Assembly: GCA_010015585.1 (NCBI GenBank)
Contig: ML975157.1
Reading direction: 5' to 3' (one strand)
Source of the DNA: Eremomyces bilateralis CBS 781.70
Lineage: Eukaryota
DNA: 64,000 nt
Position 1 is the first letter of the stretch. Each line of letters begins with the position of its first letter. The notes under the pieces are model-generated. The model had not been told where the DNA came from, did not search any database, and saw nothing but the letters and a program-made list of their open reading frames with translations. The position numbers and the translations under genes were made by a program. Of this stretch, positions 12,503 through 26,348 are shown piece after piece.

Positions 12503-14038
12503 GGCGACTGATGTTCGTCTAGCTGGTGAGAGAATGTTCTTTCAGCACCTTCAGTGATGTCAGCGTCAGTCCACGAGGGGAATTCATGAGGTCAACACTC
12601 ACCCGTGAAGATAGAGAAGAATGTTGGCGTGATATCAGTTCGATAAGTATAGTCGGATATCTAGAAAGGTCAGCTGCTGCCAATCACTGGGCACGAGTTG
12701 ACGCGAGATGCTGGAGTTCGTGAAACGGAGGAATCCATAGAAAAATCATGGTCCCCTGCCGGATCTCGAGCTCGAGCAAATGTGGATGAAGATGAAGTGG
12801 GGAGAAGGGGGCTTTGCGGAGCTCAAACTCACCCGGTACGAGTAACTGAAGATGGGTGCTGTGAAGTGGAAGAAACACAAAACTGGGAGAAGGACGAGAG
12901 ACCCTATGATGTTTATAAGGACCTCGCTGTTTCCCGTTCACGGACTGAAAACAATCCAAGTCCAGCAGTCGACATCTTCAATCGGCTGGAGAGAGAAAGC
13001 ATGTACAATGTTCAGAATCGTAGGGAGATACAACAGGGCGGGAAGTAGAGACAGGGGAAATCCACGAGAAGATGGCAGGACCCGAAAGATCAACCAGTCG
13101 AAACAGTCCATAGCGGTCGGTTGGTCCAATCCGAGAGATTGCTTAGACTTAGGGAGAGGAAAGAAAGCTATAGACACGAGGCAGAGGTGCAGGTGCGCTA
13201 CCAGTTGGTAAGTAGTCTCAATAGTGTTGGATGGAAAGACCAGCAGGAGATGCATAGGAGAACGGTTTCTCTCTGTACTACGATGAAACATCTTGAGATG
13301 GAGCGGTGACTTCTGATAGAACAATGACTCAGGATTGATAGAACCGACTCGTTGAAGCAAGTAGAGCTGTATATCACACGCCATCCAGTAGTGCACCGTC
13401 GAATTGGAAGTCCAGTAAATGGAAATGAGCATCTGATTACCCGCTCATCGCCATTTTTCGCATACCGTAGGTGCGTGAGGATGTCGTTCAAAAAGGGAAA
13501 GAGTCACTGGTAACTAGAAATGGAAGGCCCTCGACGCCGCACCTTCGCCAGTACGTTCAGACGTGCCGTGACCACATCCAATTGGTCAAGTCCCGTATTG
13601 TCCGAAAATTGAGAGAGCCGCCCAAGCGATCTTATCGCTGAAGCAATAGGGCATATGCATTGAAGGAGGGCTAGGGCCAAAGGTCACGGGGAGTAGTCTC
13701 CTTCTTCTTGAGCGATTGTGAGGATCTCTGCGGCGATCCAAGCAGGAGTGGGCGAGGACGAGAACGACATAAACTCCCGAGACCAGGGATAAGCTGAGAC
13801 GAAACACGCTGACACGGGCAAGGGAATTGATTCGTTACTGAATTTTGAGGAACCAATGTCCTCCGCTCGGCTGAAGGTAGGTGACCGATCTCGCAAAAGC
13901 AGTGAAACGTAGGAAAGCCCGACAGTTCACCGAGCAGCTTGGACCAGTCTGACCGCATGTACCAACAGACTTCATTCACCACCGGATCTCAACTTCATTT
14001 CCACATCAAAGACTTATCCGCTCGAAACACGGGGGCGG

Positions 14039-14939
14039 TTACTTCTGCATCATGAGCTGCACAAACTCGTTGTCTTGGCATGGGGTGTCAGCAAGGGAAT
14101 CGTACCACGGAACAGGGAACATACAGTCAATCCTGCCATCGCCATCCTGATCGGCCTCCCGGATCATCTCATCCACCTCGTCATCCGTCAATTTCTCTCC
14201 GATTGAGGTCATGACGTGGCGCAATTCGGCAGCTGAGATGAAGCCGTTGTTGTCACGATCGAACACCTTGAACGCTTCACGGATCTCCTCCTCGGAGTCG
14301 GTGTCCTTCATTTTCCTTGCCATCATCGTCAAGAACTCTAGTCGTAGACGTTAGCATCGACAATCGATTTCCGCTGCGCTTAATATACGGACCAGGGAAG
14401 TCGATCGTGCCATTGTTGTCGGCATCCACCTCGTTGATCATGTCTTGGAGCTCGGATTCGCTGGGATTCTGGCCAAGCGACCTCATCACGGTGCCCAACT
14501 CTTTCGTCGTGATTTGTCCTAGTATACCGGTCAATTCTGACGTCCAATTTCAACCTGATGCAATGCAGCGCGCAGGGATATTCAACAGGACGATTCGAAG
14601 AATGAATTCCCATGACATTCATCAACCGTTTCATATGGACCGTCTGCACACACTCTGCTAGTTTCGTATCCAGGGATGATCAACTCACCATCGCCATCCT
14701 TGTCCTATATCGCAGTAGACTGTGTCAGCCTCCCAATCGCAGACGGGCTTTGAGATAACCAGGCGGCCTTGAGGCACTTGCGACTTACAAAGAGGGAGAA
14801 TGCTTCCTTAAACTCGGAAACTTGTTCTTCGGTTAGGGAGTCAGCCTAGTTGACAGTCAGCCTCGGAGCGCGACAACATCGCAGCACCATCATAGCATAG
14901 GAGACAGATTTCGTGGGGTCATGGTGGGGTTCACACCAT
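14039..14939 (-). CDS. cmdA: Calmodulin, 6 coding exons including an ATG-only first exon
   Basis: ATG (14939-14937) / [19 protein letters not shown] (14845-14789) / DKDGD / [42 protein letters not shown] / [29 protein letters not shown]...GRID / [11 protein letters not shown]. Confidence 0.99.
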
Positions 14940-15656
14940 TTTGGTAAGCTTGACCGGTCAAGAATGTTCCAAAGGAAATGAGTTGGGATGGCCGCGGGGG
15001 GATAATCGTGGTAACAGACGGGTTTTTCGTAGGATTGAGAGGATACTCAGTGCTGTACAAAGGCGAAAGGTTGAAAGGCGGAAGTCGTAGGAACTTGTTA
15101 GACTGGGGAAGATGAGTCCTGATGTTCAGATGTTGTCGCCTGTAGGTGGGGAATGTCTGGATCTGATGAGTGCCTGCAACGTAGCCGTCACGTGGATAGG
15201 GAGTCAGTTTGTTGGGCATCAAGCTTTATCGTTCATGTTTCAGCTGGTACTTTGCCTCATTGCCTGGCCATTTGGTGGGCGATCTGGCGGGCCCAGATAC
15301 GGATGTACCGGTACTTGGGACACCAAGCATTCGTCACGTGCTGAGGCTCTCACTCATCAAGCTTCGATTATTATTTGTATGTATTACTGACAACACGTTT
15401 GGCATTGTCGATATATACGAATTAAGGAGCGAAAACTACTGTTGCTGAAGCCCCATTGTCCCATACCGTTCAAACAATCATACCTGGTATATTCCTTTTC
15501 ACAAACCCACTCCATTGACTGTAGCCTTCTGCAACGTCATCACAAGGGAGCTTCTGGTTCGCATAGCCCTGCGGCAGAGGCCGCTGTCCTCCAGCGGTCG
15601 ACATCTCCGCCCAACATAGAGGGAACTTGATGAGCGTCTGAGCTATTGGAGTCGCC

Positions 15657-16958
15657 ATGTGGCGAGACCGGACAAACCTGTTGGTTGCCTGCCCTGTTGA
15701 TTCAACTGTCCACGACACTGACATGTTGTGCCAAACAGGTACATCTCCTATCGACAATCCTACTCACATCACCCCGCAAAGAAATCACGATATGGCGGCC
15801 CAGCATTCAATGGATTCGGTGACAGTTCGTCCCTGGCGGAGGAGCGCCGCGGGCTTATGTCGGAGGGAGCGTTCGACAATACCGGCGATGCGGTCATAGA
15901 GATGGATCTCCTGCCGCCACGGTGGTTGGACATCCAGGACGAGATCAATGAGTACTTGGCTGAGATCGCAACCCAAACCCGGCGGCTGGAACAACTGCAT
16001 CAAAAGCATGTGCTGCCGGGATTTGACGACGAATCGGTCAAGAAGTCGGAGGAGAAGGAGATTGAGCAGTTGACGCAGCAGATCACGAGGCGGTTCCAGG
16101 ACTGTCAGAAGTCACTGCAGCGCTTGGATATGATGGTGCGAGAGGCAAAGCAACAGAGCAATTTGAGCAAAGGGGAAGAAACGCTCGCGAAGAATCTCAA
16201 GATCTCGATGGCAACACAGGTCGGTGATGTCAGTGCGTTGTTTAGGAAGAAGCAATCTGCGTATCTGAAGAGTAAGTGCTACGAGCAACGCAGCGTCTAA
16301 TCTTCTGCAATCTAACCGTCATTTAGAACTCCGTCAGCTTGGTGGGTTTGCGTCGCCAATGCCACGCTCATCCACACCCTTGGCCGGTTCCTACACAGAT
16401 CCCTCCCTGGAGGAATCCGAAAACGACAAATACTTTTCTCAATCGACCCTCCTCCAAAGCAAACAGCGCATGGCACAACATGGCAACGAAGCCGTGATCG
16501 CGCAACGCGAACGAGAAATCGAAGAGATCGCCCAAGGCATCATCGAGCTCTCTAACATCTTCCAAGACATCCAGAGCATGGTCATCGACCAAGGCACCAT
16601 GCTCGACCGCATCGACTACAACGTCGAACGGATGGCGGTGGAGGTCAAAGCGGCGGATAAAGAGCTGACGGTCGCCACGGGATACCAGAAGAAAAGCATC
16701 AAGCGAAAGGCCATCCTACTGCTAGTCATCGTCGTGGCCGGGATGTTTATCCTGCTCTCGCTGAAACTCAGCAGCAGAGGTGGATCGACGCCTCCTCCAC
16801 AGGAGCCCCCTCCGGCCAATGCTCCCCCTATCGAAGCTCCACCGCCCAGATGGCGAAGAGGAATCACTCAATTCGATCATACCTTGGATGATCCCATGGT
16901 GGACTGGAAGCGACGGCGAAGAAGACTCTCGTGGGATCCCTTGTCAACAACATTATAG
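15657..16958 (+). CDS. TLG2: Syntaxin-16-like Qa-SNARE Tlg2, 3 exons
   Basis: MWRDRTNL N-peptide, introns 15680-15738 and 16272-16326, LPPRWLD Habc region, SNARE motif IDQGTMLDRIDYNVE, and a C-terminal TM helix with a short luminal tail. Confidence 0.95.
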
Positions 16959-17047
16959 CGTAATACCCTAATTGTAACCGTATCTGACTGATGAGCACAC
17001 CTCAGCCAATTTCTCCCTGTTTGACTGCCTGCATACCGCGTCACCAG

Positions 17048-18509
17048 TTAAGCTGCGAACTTTCCTACGCAGTCCCTGGCCATTTGGAGCTGAATTTGGT
17101 CAACATCTCCTTCTTTGTTCACCGGAGTTCTCTCTTACCTGCTCATCTGTCTGGCAAACCAGCACCTTGTTCTTCGCGCCACTGGCTGAGATGTCCACCA
17201 CTTCGTCCTCAAGCTCCTGTTCATTCTTGCCCGGATCAAGTTCAAACCCCAAACATCTCACCTTCTCTACCAGCTCCTTTCGCAACCTCGCGCCTTTCTC
17301 ACCAATCCCTCCCGCAAACACCAACGCATCCACCCTCCCACCAAGCCTCACATAGTAACTCCCGACATACCCCAAAATCCTATCCACGAGGATATCAAAC
17401 GCCAGCTGCGCCCCCTCACTCTTCCCTTCCGAAATCACCCCGAAGTCCGTCGTGCCCGCCAACGCTTTCCACCCACTCTGCTTGTTCAGGATGATTTCCG
17501 CCTGCGTGACATGCATATCCTTGGTGCTCTCCGGCGACAAGGTCCCCGCGTCGTTCGTGTAGTGGAACACCACGCTCGGATCAATGCTCCCGCTCCGTGT
17601 CGCGCCCGGAAGCCCCGCGAGCGGCGTCAGCCCCATAGTCGTGTCCATCGACTTGCCGCCCTGGATGGCGCACGCGGATGCGCCACTGCCCAGGTGGAGC
17701 GCGATGATGTTGAGCTCCTGAAGCGGCTTCTTGAGGAACTTAGCGGTGGATTTGGAAATAAACGCGTAGCTGGATATGTCAGGGAGGCAGGCGTCGAAAA
17801 CGCAGGGCCGTGCACTCACGAAATGCCATGGAAGCCGTATTTCCGCAGCTTGTGTAATTTGGCCACCTTGGGGTCGATGGGATACGTGGAGATGTAGGTA
17901 GGGATAGTCGAATGGAAGGCGGTGTCGAAGAACGCAATATTCCTGGCCTGCGGAACCTGCTTTTGGACGGCTCGCACGAGCGCGAGAGCTCCCGCATTGT
18001 GACTGCGTTCGGTCAGTCGCAAAACGCAGTTGGAGAGAGTCGTTCCCCTACAGTGGCGCGAGGTCGGATAGCTCGTCGACCCTACGAAATGTTACTTGAT
18101 CGAGCGCATGAGCGTCGTCAAAATCTCCGCCCTGTTGGTGGATGCGAGGTTAGAACGGAAGCCCCTTTTCAACGAAGCTAGGGAGGACTGGAGGGAGACG
18201 GACATGGACCACTCGATGGCAACAATATCCCACGTCGTTGTGGCTGGCGATCATCGGCAACCCCTCATCACCGATTAGATGCTTCAAAATGATCTCGAAT
18301 GCATCTTCTTGCGATGTCACCCCTGGGACCTCTTTCTTCTCCGCATGCTCCCCGCGGTTGTATTTCAGGCTTGCCGGCGGAGCGGTCAGTCCGCTGACTT
18401 GAATCTCCGCTTCTTGATATGGGACTTTTCCACGCTCTTCATATGTATAGACGCTTACTTTCACGGAGCTTGAGCCGGCGTTGATTGACAAGATGGTTTG
18501 GGGAGCCAT
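17048..18509 (-). CDS. ackA: Acetate kinase, multi-exon
   Basis: ILSINAGSSSVK, HRVVH-GG, APL-HN, FDTAFH, RKYGFHGIS-Y, HLGSGAS, TTMGLTPLAGL..TRSGSIDP, VFAGGIGE, QTDEQ / LQMARDCVGKFAA*. Confidence 0.95.
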
Positions 18510-19059
18510 CGTGGGACTTAGTTAGGCCGGGGATGGAACTAGACTATGAGGGTGGGAGAATTAAATTATTAGGCACTTCTTCCACAGATGTTTCAGAGAT
18601 TGGTTAATGATTGAAAGGATCACATTATAATGAAAGAAATCCGAACACATGATTTTCAAGTTTGATGCGTGATTATGACAAGTTTCCATCATGGGAGGGA
18701 GGGCTCAATTGCCATGTTGACATCATCACATGGAGTCCCCTACCATGGTTGGCCGATCCGCATGTCGAGGGCCATGGATAAATCGTACAACATTCAAGTA
18801 CCTACCGTGATACCCGATAACTATACTCTGAACTGTGCTCCTATATAGCCAAGTTTTTCAATTGCATCTTGGTCTTTGATCAAAGCCTAGTCCATGGATT
18901 TATGTCTCAAAAAGCACTAGAAATCCGCGGAGGTGCTCCAATTACCCTCCCAGTCAATCACTATTAATGCAGGTAGCAAGATCTGTCGCCCTGTTCAATA
19001 TCAATGGGACTTGTAAATATTCAATACTATGGCTATATCTTTCTAGACGAGGGCTAAGC

Positions 19060-19976
19060 TCACATCTTGCACAATGCCTGCATCGATTCCTTCGTGCTAT
19101 CCTTCGTGTCTTTGACTAGCTTGGAGATATCTCTAAACCTACAAAAGTGTTAGTTGGCTAGATAGTTTCGACTAGGAATATCTTACTCCTGGATACCTGC
19201 ATCTCCCATGCATTCATACAGCCAACTCTCGCTGGTTGTAACGATAGCTCCTTGAGCACGAAGCCGCGCGAGTGCAATTGGAATCTCTTCTTTGTTGCAA
19301 CTTGAGACTCCGTCGGCTAGCACATATACCTTGTGGTTATCCTTGAGCAGATCCAACGTCGTCTGGGCCACGCATATGTGGGACTCGATGCCCACGATAA
19401 CGACCTCCAGAGGGCGCCCGCCCGGCGAAAGCTTCCCGGCGTTTCTCAGAGCCTCCTTCACTTCATCTGTCCTACATAACGGTCTCAGCATCAATTTCAA
19501 TCGGAGATGTGAACAGGATCTTCCATACCACATAGAGAACAACGATTTGTCTGCATGAACCAGTGTCTGGATGCCTCCGGGACAATCAAGCTGCAATTCA
19601 GGACATGTCTCGCCGAGCTTGCCTTTCAGTTGCGTGGTTGCAACGACGGGGAAATTCAGGATTTTGCCTATTCTCTTCGTAAGTGATTACCCCGAGTGGA
19701 TGAGAACAAAGAGGTGCCCCTGAGATTGGATGGCAGGTAGAAGAACATACTGGCTTGCAGTAGCTTCTGCGTCGTAGCGAGTACGGCGGGATATTGATAG
19801 ATCGCGGGCCTGAACTTCTCCTGCAAGTCACAAACGCTACTGCTGCTTAGATATATATCCCTCAGATTGCGCTTGGGTCTACTCTTACAACAGGATGGGA
19901 TTTACTAAAATAGCGTTAGTGGAGTGAATGTTGCATGATGGTTGGACATACGCAATCGTCGGCTAGGACTCGCCAT
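19060..19976 (-). CDS. Isochorismatase-family hydrolase (ISOC1/ISOC2-like), multi-exon with a 16-nt micro-exon
   Basis: MASPSRRL / NPIL / VCDLQEKFRPAIY / TTQ...KLGETCPEL / DKSLFSM / GIESHICVAQTTLDLL...YVLADGVSS...TTSESWLYE / ...QALCKM*. Confidence 0.88.
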
Positions 19977-21601
19977 GGCTATTATTAGGGTTATATCGGA
20001 ATTCAAACCCTGATCAAGAAGCGAGAAGTTAGAGGATTAATCGAGTTATTTATACGATCAATATAGTTGAAAGAATTAGATCAATGAGGTCTAGAACAGA
20101 TGCCAGCCATCAGAAGACCGCTGTTGAAGCTCAAGAGTCAAGTCCATGTATTTGTACCCGCTTACCCGACACGGTCTCCCGATGGGCTTAGTTAGCGGCG
20201 GCAGCATCTCCGTTGACCATTCTCACCATACATAGACATTTAGACATTAGTACTTAGTACTTGGATACTTATTATCCCCAGGACCAGTCCATTACTTCAT
20301 GGAGCTGCTCGATGTGTGTTTCTGTTCCTTGCTCGTGATTATGAAGTCTACCAGTACAATATGGTATTGGACGACAAGTCTGGATGCTCTGGGTTCTAAC
20401 ACGATATGCTCTAAATAAAGGTCATGGTGTAACAAATTGAACACCTTCTCAGTTCTTGCAGGTTGCCAGCACGATCAGACTATCGGAATCACTTAGACAC
20501 GGACGGGTATGCGTGAAATACTGAAATTGTACACATGTACCGGGTACTATGGTGGGTATCCGCCTCGGCGCGTGCCCGCATGGATATCGAGGAGGGTTTA
20601 ATTTGGGCTAATTAACCTGACTTCACTACCCAAGCACGTGTCTCTGGGCCTCTGGGGAAAGTATTAGAGCCTGAGAACAATGGAAACATATGATCGTGAT
20701 AACCGGAAAGACTACTGCGTGTATGCATCGAGAAATCTGTATTACTGCGGCTAGGATTGGTAAGGTATGAAGCGGGGACTGGACAAAACCTTGGGATAAC
20801 TACTGGTATTTATACAGCATTATAGACCATATCTGGCTCATTATGGCTCACCCTAAATAATATACAGATACATACTTAATAACTTACGGATGACACCGAA
20901 TGCGGTAGATTGCGCTGTCAGATTTATCATTTATGGTTCTCCAATCTTATGGCCCTGCACTATTCGCATGTGGCGATGATGAAAAGCAACTGGAGTAATT
21001 CCTGGTATCGAATTCCCGCCCTGTATTCCGCCTATGGTATCGCTATTGTCTCTTGCATCTATTTCAATGTGCTGGCAGTAAAATACAGTAATAGAGTGTG
21101 TACCGGCACAGTACCAGCGGCACGGTGGAGAATGAATCGCGCCTCTAATCCCGATATACGCTAAGGCTTTCTGTACTGGAACTTTTGGCCACCTCCACTA
21201 CCAATGCTTCTTTCACCATCTGCTTCTCTGCTATCTTGATAACCCGTGTATCTCCATTTCCCGTCAGTCTGGGCCTCCGATCCTGTACCACAACATCTAT
21301 CGTTTGAGCGCCTCCGTTGTCTGTTCGAAGCCGGCCCAGCTGCACCCCCCGCCCTTCCCTGTCTTCGATCCTCGATACCGGATAACATCCAATCTTCCAT
21401 AAGCCGTGGGAAATCCTGCACAAAAGTTTCGCACACTGACGCGTATCCCTCGAGCCTCGAATATTCTATTCGTTGGGCGCTTTGTCCCAAAAAGCAGAAG
21501 TCGCGGGTGACACCTTGAAATCTGGAAAAGTGGCTGCTTCTACAGCAAAGCTCGATGGGAATAATACGCCGTCAACCTCAAATCCCGTTGGCAGAGCGCC
21601 G

Positions 21602-24600
21602 ATGACGACCGGCGAAAGGACAGCTATGGGCGATCGACCCATGAAGGACATGCAACTTCCCCTCTCTTCACGGCCTCCCCTCGTGGCACAGCTCTCGAAC
21701 TCCGTTCCGAACACACCGCACCAGTACGCGCGTGACTTTACCCGACGATCAAGAACACCTTCACCGACGGGCGCGCTGGGGAGCCATTCGCCCAGATCTG
21801 TCGTTTCCGAGGCGAATGGATACCTTTCATCGCTGCCGAGATCGCGACCGGTATGCAAGTACGAAACCAGTTCGGCTTTCAGCCGGCGGCGGATACCGTA
21901 CAACATCGGCGATGAACTTTTGCTGAAAGAGAAGGGGGTCAAACGCTCGTTGGATGAAGAGGAGGAACGGAGACTGGAAAATGACATGGCCGACCTTTTC
22001 CGAAAGCTGGAACCGTCCAAGGAAAGCGAGCAAAGAAGACAGCGGCTGGTAGAGAAGCTAGAGGAAATACTGCATCGCGAATGGCCGGGAAATGAGTTCA
22101 AGGTCCACGTCTTTGGTTCTTCTGGAAACTTGCTATGCACAAGCGATTCTGACGGTATGTGTGATGCTATTGTCGTCGGCATCAATGAGCTAACTGTTGA
22201 CATAGTGGATATCTGCATTCAAACGTCTATGAAGAAACTCGAAACAATGCACATCTTAGCGGAAGCTTTGGCAAATAGTAAGTTGCCTCATCGCAATGAT
22301 TGCTCGGTATTTCCTGACACGAAGGCAGATGGCATGCAAAAAGTAATATGCGTTGCGTCAGCCAAAGTCCCGATTGTTAAGATATGGGATCCGGAACTAA
22401 ATCTTGCCTGCGACATGAACGTCAACAACACCCTTGCTTTGGAGAACACTCGTATGATCAAAACTTACGTCCAGATTGACAAGAGGGTTCGGCCGTTGAC
22501 GATGATTATCAAATACTGGACCAAACAGAGAATCCTCAATGATGCTGGTAAGACGGCTTGACACGAAGCGGCAAGGACCATAATCTAACGTGAACAGGTA
22601 TCGGCGGCACTTTAAGCTCTTACTCTTGGATTTGCATGATCATTAACTTCCTTCAAACGCGGAATCCTCCTGTCCTCCCTACACTACATCAATCACCGCA
22701 CAAAGAAGCCGTCTCGAATGATGGCACTGACTCAGGGTTTGCTGATGACCTTGCTGAGCTTCAAGACAAGAGCTCAAATGAAGAGTCCCTCGCTGAACTT
22801 CTCGTTGGGTTTTACCGAAAGTATGCGCACGAGCTCGATTACGAGAGGTCGGTGATTTCAGTTCGACAAGGGAGGGTATTGACCCGGAAAGAAAAGGGAT
22901 GGGACGGGGCGTCAAAAGAAGGTCAATGGCGGCTCTGCATTGAGGAGCCATTCAATACATCGCGTAACCTGGGCAATTCGGCCGATTCAACGGCTTTTCG
23001 GGGGATTCATCTCGAGTTACGGCGAGCATTTGACTTCCTGGCCAACAAGGCGGATCTGGACGGATGCTGCGTCGCATTCAAATTTCCAGTAGAAGAGAAG
23101 TCCTCTCATATATTCAGGAAACCGGCGCCAAAAGCAGCTTTGCAACCCCAACTTCCCAGCCAAGGCACGAGAGGCGGTCGAGGCGGAATGGGTGGTCGTG
23201 GAAATCGTCACAACAACAGTTCGAAGTCCCAGCAAGGATATAGGCGAGCATCGACGTCGACATTCCCAAGCAATTTCCGCTCTCCATATCCCAACGGCGC
23301 GTTTCTAAGCTACCCCTCCACCGACTACAGCCAGGCGAATCTGGATGCACTTCGCCAATCGTTCAACCTGCTCGTAATGCAGCCGCAGGACACTATGCGG
23401 AATCAAGCTGGCCAAACGCCGCTCTACCTTCATCCTTCGGGAGCCCAAGGCCGTGGACAATTGCCAATGCAAGGCCAAAATGCGATACCAGCGAGCTCAT
23501 TACCGTGGGCACAGCCGTACGGCTATCCTCTACCACCCATGTCAAATGCTTCTATGGGGAGTCAACCCCGAACAAATTCTACCCCTCTACCCCAAGGCTA
23601 TTTCCCTACCTCCAGCGGGTTATCAAGCCCGAGAATAGCAGACATTGCTGGAGGCAACATGCAAAACTATTACCCGTACGGATATGGTGCGGAACAGTCC
23701 CAGCCACTTACTCCGTCAGCCTCCTTTGATGGAACCAGAACAAACCCATCTTCTCCGTCGTTGTCACAAAGCACTCCTGCTTTTCGTCGACAACGGACGG
23801 ATACTCTAAATGGCATCCAGAACAGCACTACCCGTTCGCAGTCGCAACCGGCACGACCGCATACCGATTCCTCGGGACAGCCAACATTTGCGCTTCCCGC
23901 CGCGGCCAGTAATGTGCCACCGGGATACCAGGAATTCATAACTATGAGCGGCGACGTGCCGCCCAACATGCTAGCGGTGGAACAATATCCACAAGCAGGT
24001 CAGGGATACATGCCCGAGGGGTCCAATCGCGCCGTACCGAAGGGCTATGTCGGATGGTTTCTTGGCGGTACAGCGCACAATCCTGTCCCGTATTCGAGCC
24101 TCCAAGTTGCTCCTATCCCACCGTATTCGGAGATCGAGCTAAGACGGAAACGTCCATCACAAGAGCTGGTGCAACCGCTGCTGAATAGCTCAAGACGGCG
24201 ATCGTCCCGCTCTCCTTCACCACTAAGCCAGGAGCCGAGTGAGACTTCTGGTGGCCCTCGATCTGCTCCTCCTACCAGCTCGACGACTCGAAATGCTACA
24301 TCAAGGTTCGAGCAACCGAGTGATGGTAATTTCCTCATTGTCAATGGTTCCTATGCTCCAAGTGCAACCCAAGACGACCCTCAGGATTGGATCGAGGACT
24401 TGAACTCTCCTGGCGGACCGAACGGACTTGGACTTGACTATGAGCCTATCCGCTGGTCTGACGGTACCGAGACACCGCTCCTTTCAGATAGCCAGATCAT
24501 CCACCCGCCTCATCCTGAGGTGCCTGGTGAAGAACTCACGGCTGTGAATGACTATCCACCAAGCAGTTCCTACCAGCATGGATTTGGGGATCACGATCGC

Positions 24601-25188
24601 TTCAGCATGACGCCGCCGAGGCAGAAGCGGGATGGCGCGGCAACAGCTTCATCGAACACCTTGCGAGTTAGCACGACTCCACCGTCAGAGAAGCGTTCCC
24701 CGCTCATGAGTCCGTCATCTCAGAACGCCAACACTGAGCAAAACCGCCCTACGATCGGCGAGACCCCGATTAAAAATGCCCCGTTCCTCTCCCCTGTCCG
24801 CGAGATTGTCACCCCCTCGCCCACCACCACTCGAAGTCATTTGCCTCAGACTGAAGCGGCTACCCCCTTCTCGGTGACTACCACTCGTCAACCGGCCTCA
24901 TCCGGGGTCAATGGCCACACACCCTTTCCAGCACCACCCACGCCTCTTCCCAACCCGACCGTTGGCGGCGAAGGGGTCAGTTCGACGAACCATGCCAGTG
25001 AGCAGCTGCCTGCCCCGCAGACGCAGCCATCATCGGCGTCGAGTGCCATGCCACCCCAGCCGCAATCGTCATGGCAGAGCGCAGGAAAAAAGAAGAAGCC
25101 GAGAAAACGGAGTAGAAGCGGAGCGGAACCCAAACCGGGAAGGATCGAGCCGCTGCCTGCGAACGAGGAGGAGCGGAAAGGAGGATAA
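21602..25188 (+). CDS. Non-canonical poly(A)/terminal nucleotidyltransferase (Cid13/Cid11-like), 4 exons, long low-complexity C-terminus
   Basis: FGSS...SDSD/VDIC nucleotidyltransferase motif, AKVPIVK, ACDMNVNN, GGTLSSY, IEEPFNTSRNLG (PAP-associated domain). The first in-frame ATG is at 21602. Confidence 0.9.
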
Positions 25189-26348
25189 GCGACGTGCATG
25201 TCGGTATAGCCTGTTGAGCGGAGCGGAACCGGGGATTCTGAGAGCGAGCGGATCTGAAATTGATGCACTGCTCTTTACTTGTACGCCGCTATGTGTGGCG
25301 GGGGACATACTCATATCTAGCAACTTGCCGACAAGGTCTCTAAGTGCCTGGATTTGGTTCATGGCCATACCGCCTGAACGGGACGAGCGTCAAAGCTACG
25401 GGCTTCGAAAACAAAAACAACATGTCTTAGATCACACCACAAGGCGTCGGATTCGGATCTACGAAAGCGCAGTCTTCCGCTTGGGATAAGGGTTACAGCA
25501 GTTCGGCTATGCATATGGAAGCGCGCAAGGCATGTTCGGTACTTTGGTTTTGGACTGGACCTTAGGTTCATGGAATGACGGTCTCTGTTTTGGCGTTTTC
25601 CAATGAATCACCCAAAGCGGGAAAGCTAGCGTAGCGATAACCTCGAATGAAGCTTTGATACTTGCTTGCACTTGACTTTCCGTTTCTTTTGGCTGGCAAC
25701 CCCATTTCTGGGCGTCGAAACGGAGGATACCGCTCGCATAGTCTAGCTATGATATCGTGTGTGCACTGGGGCACAGCACAATGAATCGACGAAACGAAGG
25801 GAAAAGGGAAAAGATTAGGCATCTATTACATCAAGTAGGATAGACTCGATAAATCAGTCATCTCTTTCCAAATGAGCGAATTGACAATTTGGCCGTCACG
25901 ATGAAGGGGCTAGACGATGGCGATATCACAGCGACGAATACAAGGCCTAGAGTGAAAAGTTGGAAGCATCGTGCGTTGCCTTCTAGTATAGACCGATCCG
26001 ACAATATTGTTAAGCGCCCAATATCGAAATGACAGCATGAGAGTCGTGGTATATGCGTATCTTGCCAACCTGTGCCCAAAGAAGGAATTTTTTTCATGGC
26101 CGAACCCTTATATCAAAAGACTGTAACAGGCTGCGATTTTCCGTCCACCTTTTTTCTTACCCGTCTTGTCATCCATGATTGCCACTGGGAAGCCGAAAGG
26201 CACCGTAAAGACGTGTCAGACTATGGTGATGTGCATTGAAGCACTCCGACAATTCTCATAGTGACTCCATGTTGGCAGTTTGCTCTATCCAGTAGAGCGT
26301 TGCTTTCCCTGATCAGATGAAACTGTGATCCAAACGCCCTCTTTATTT

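Noticed and set aside
21473..21601. TTG-initiated N-terminal extension of the poly(A) polymerase
   Set aside because: Eukaryotic context; there is an in-frame stop at 21437 and no evidence for non-AUG initiation, so the first ATG (21602) was used.
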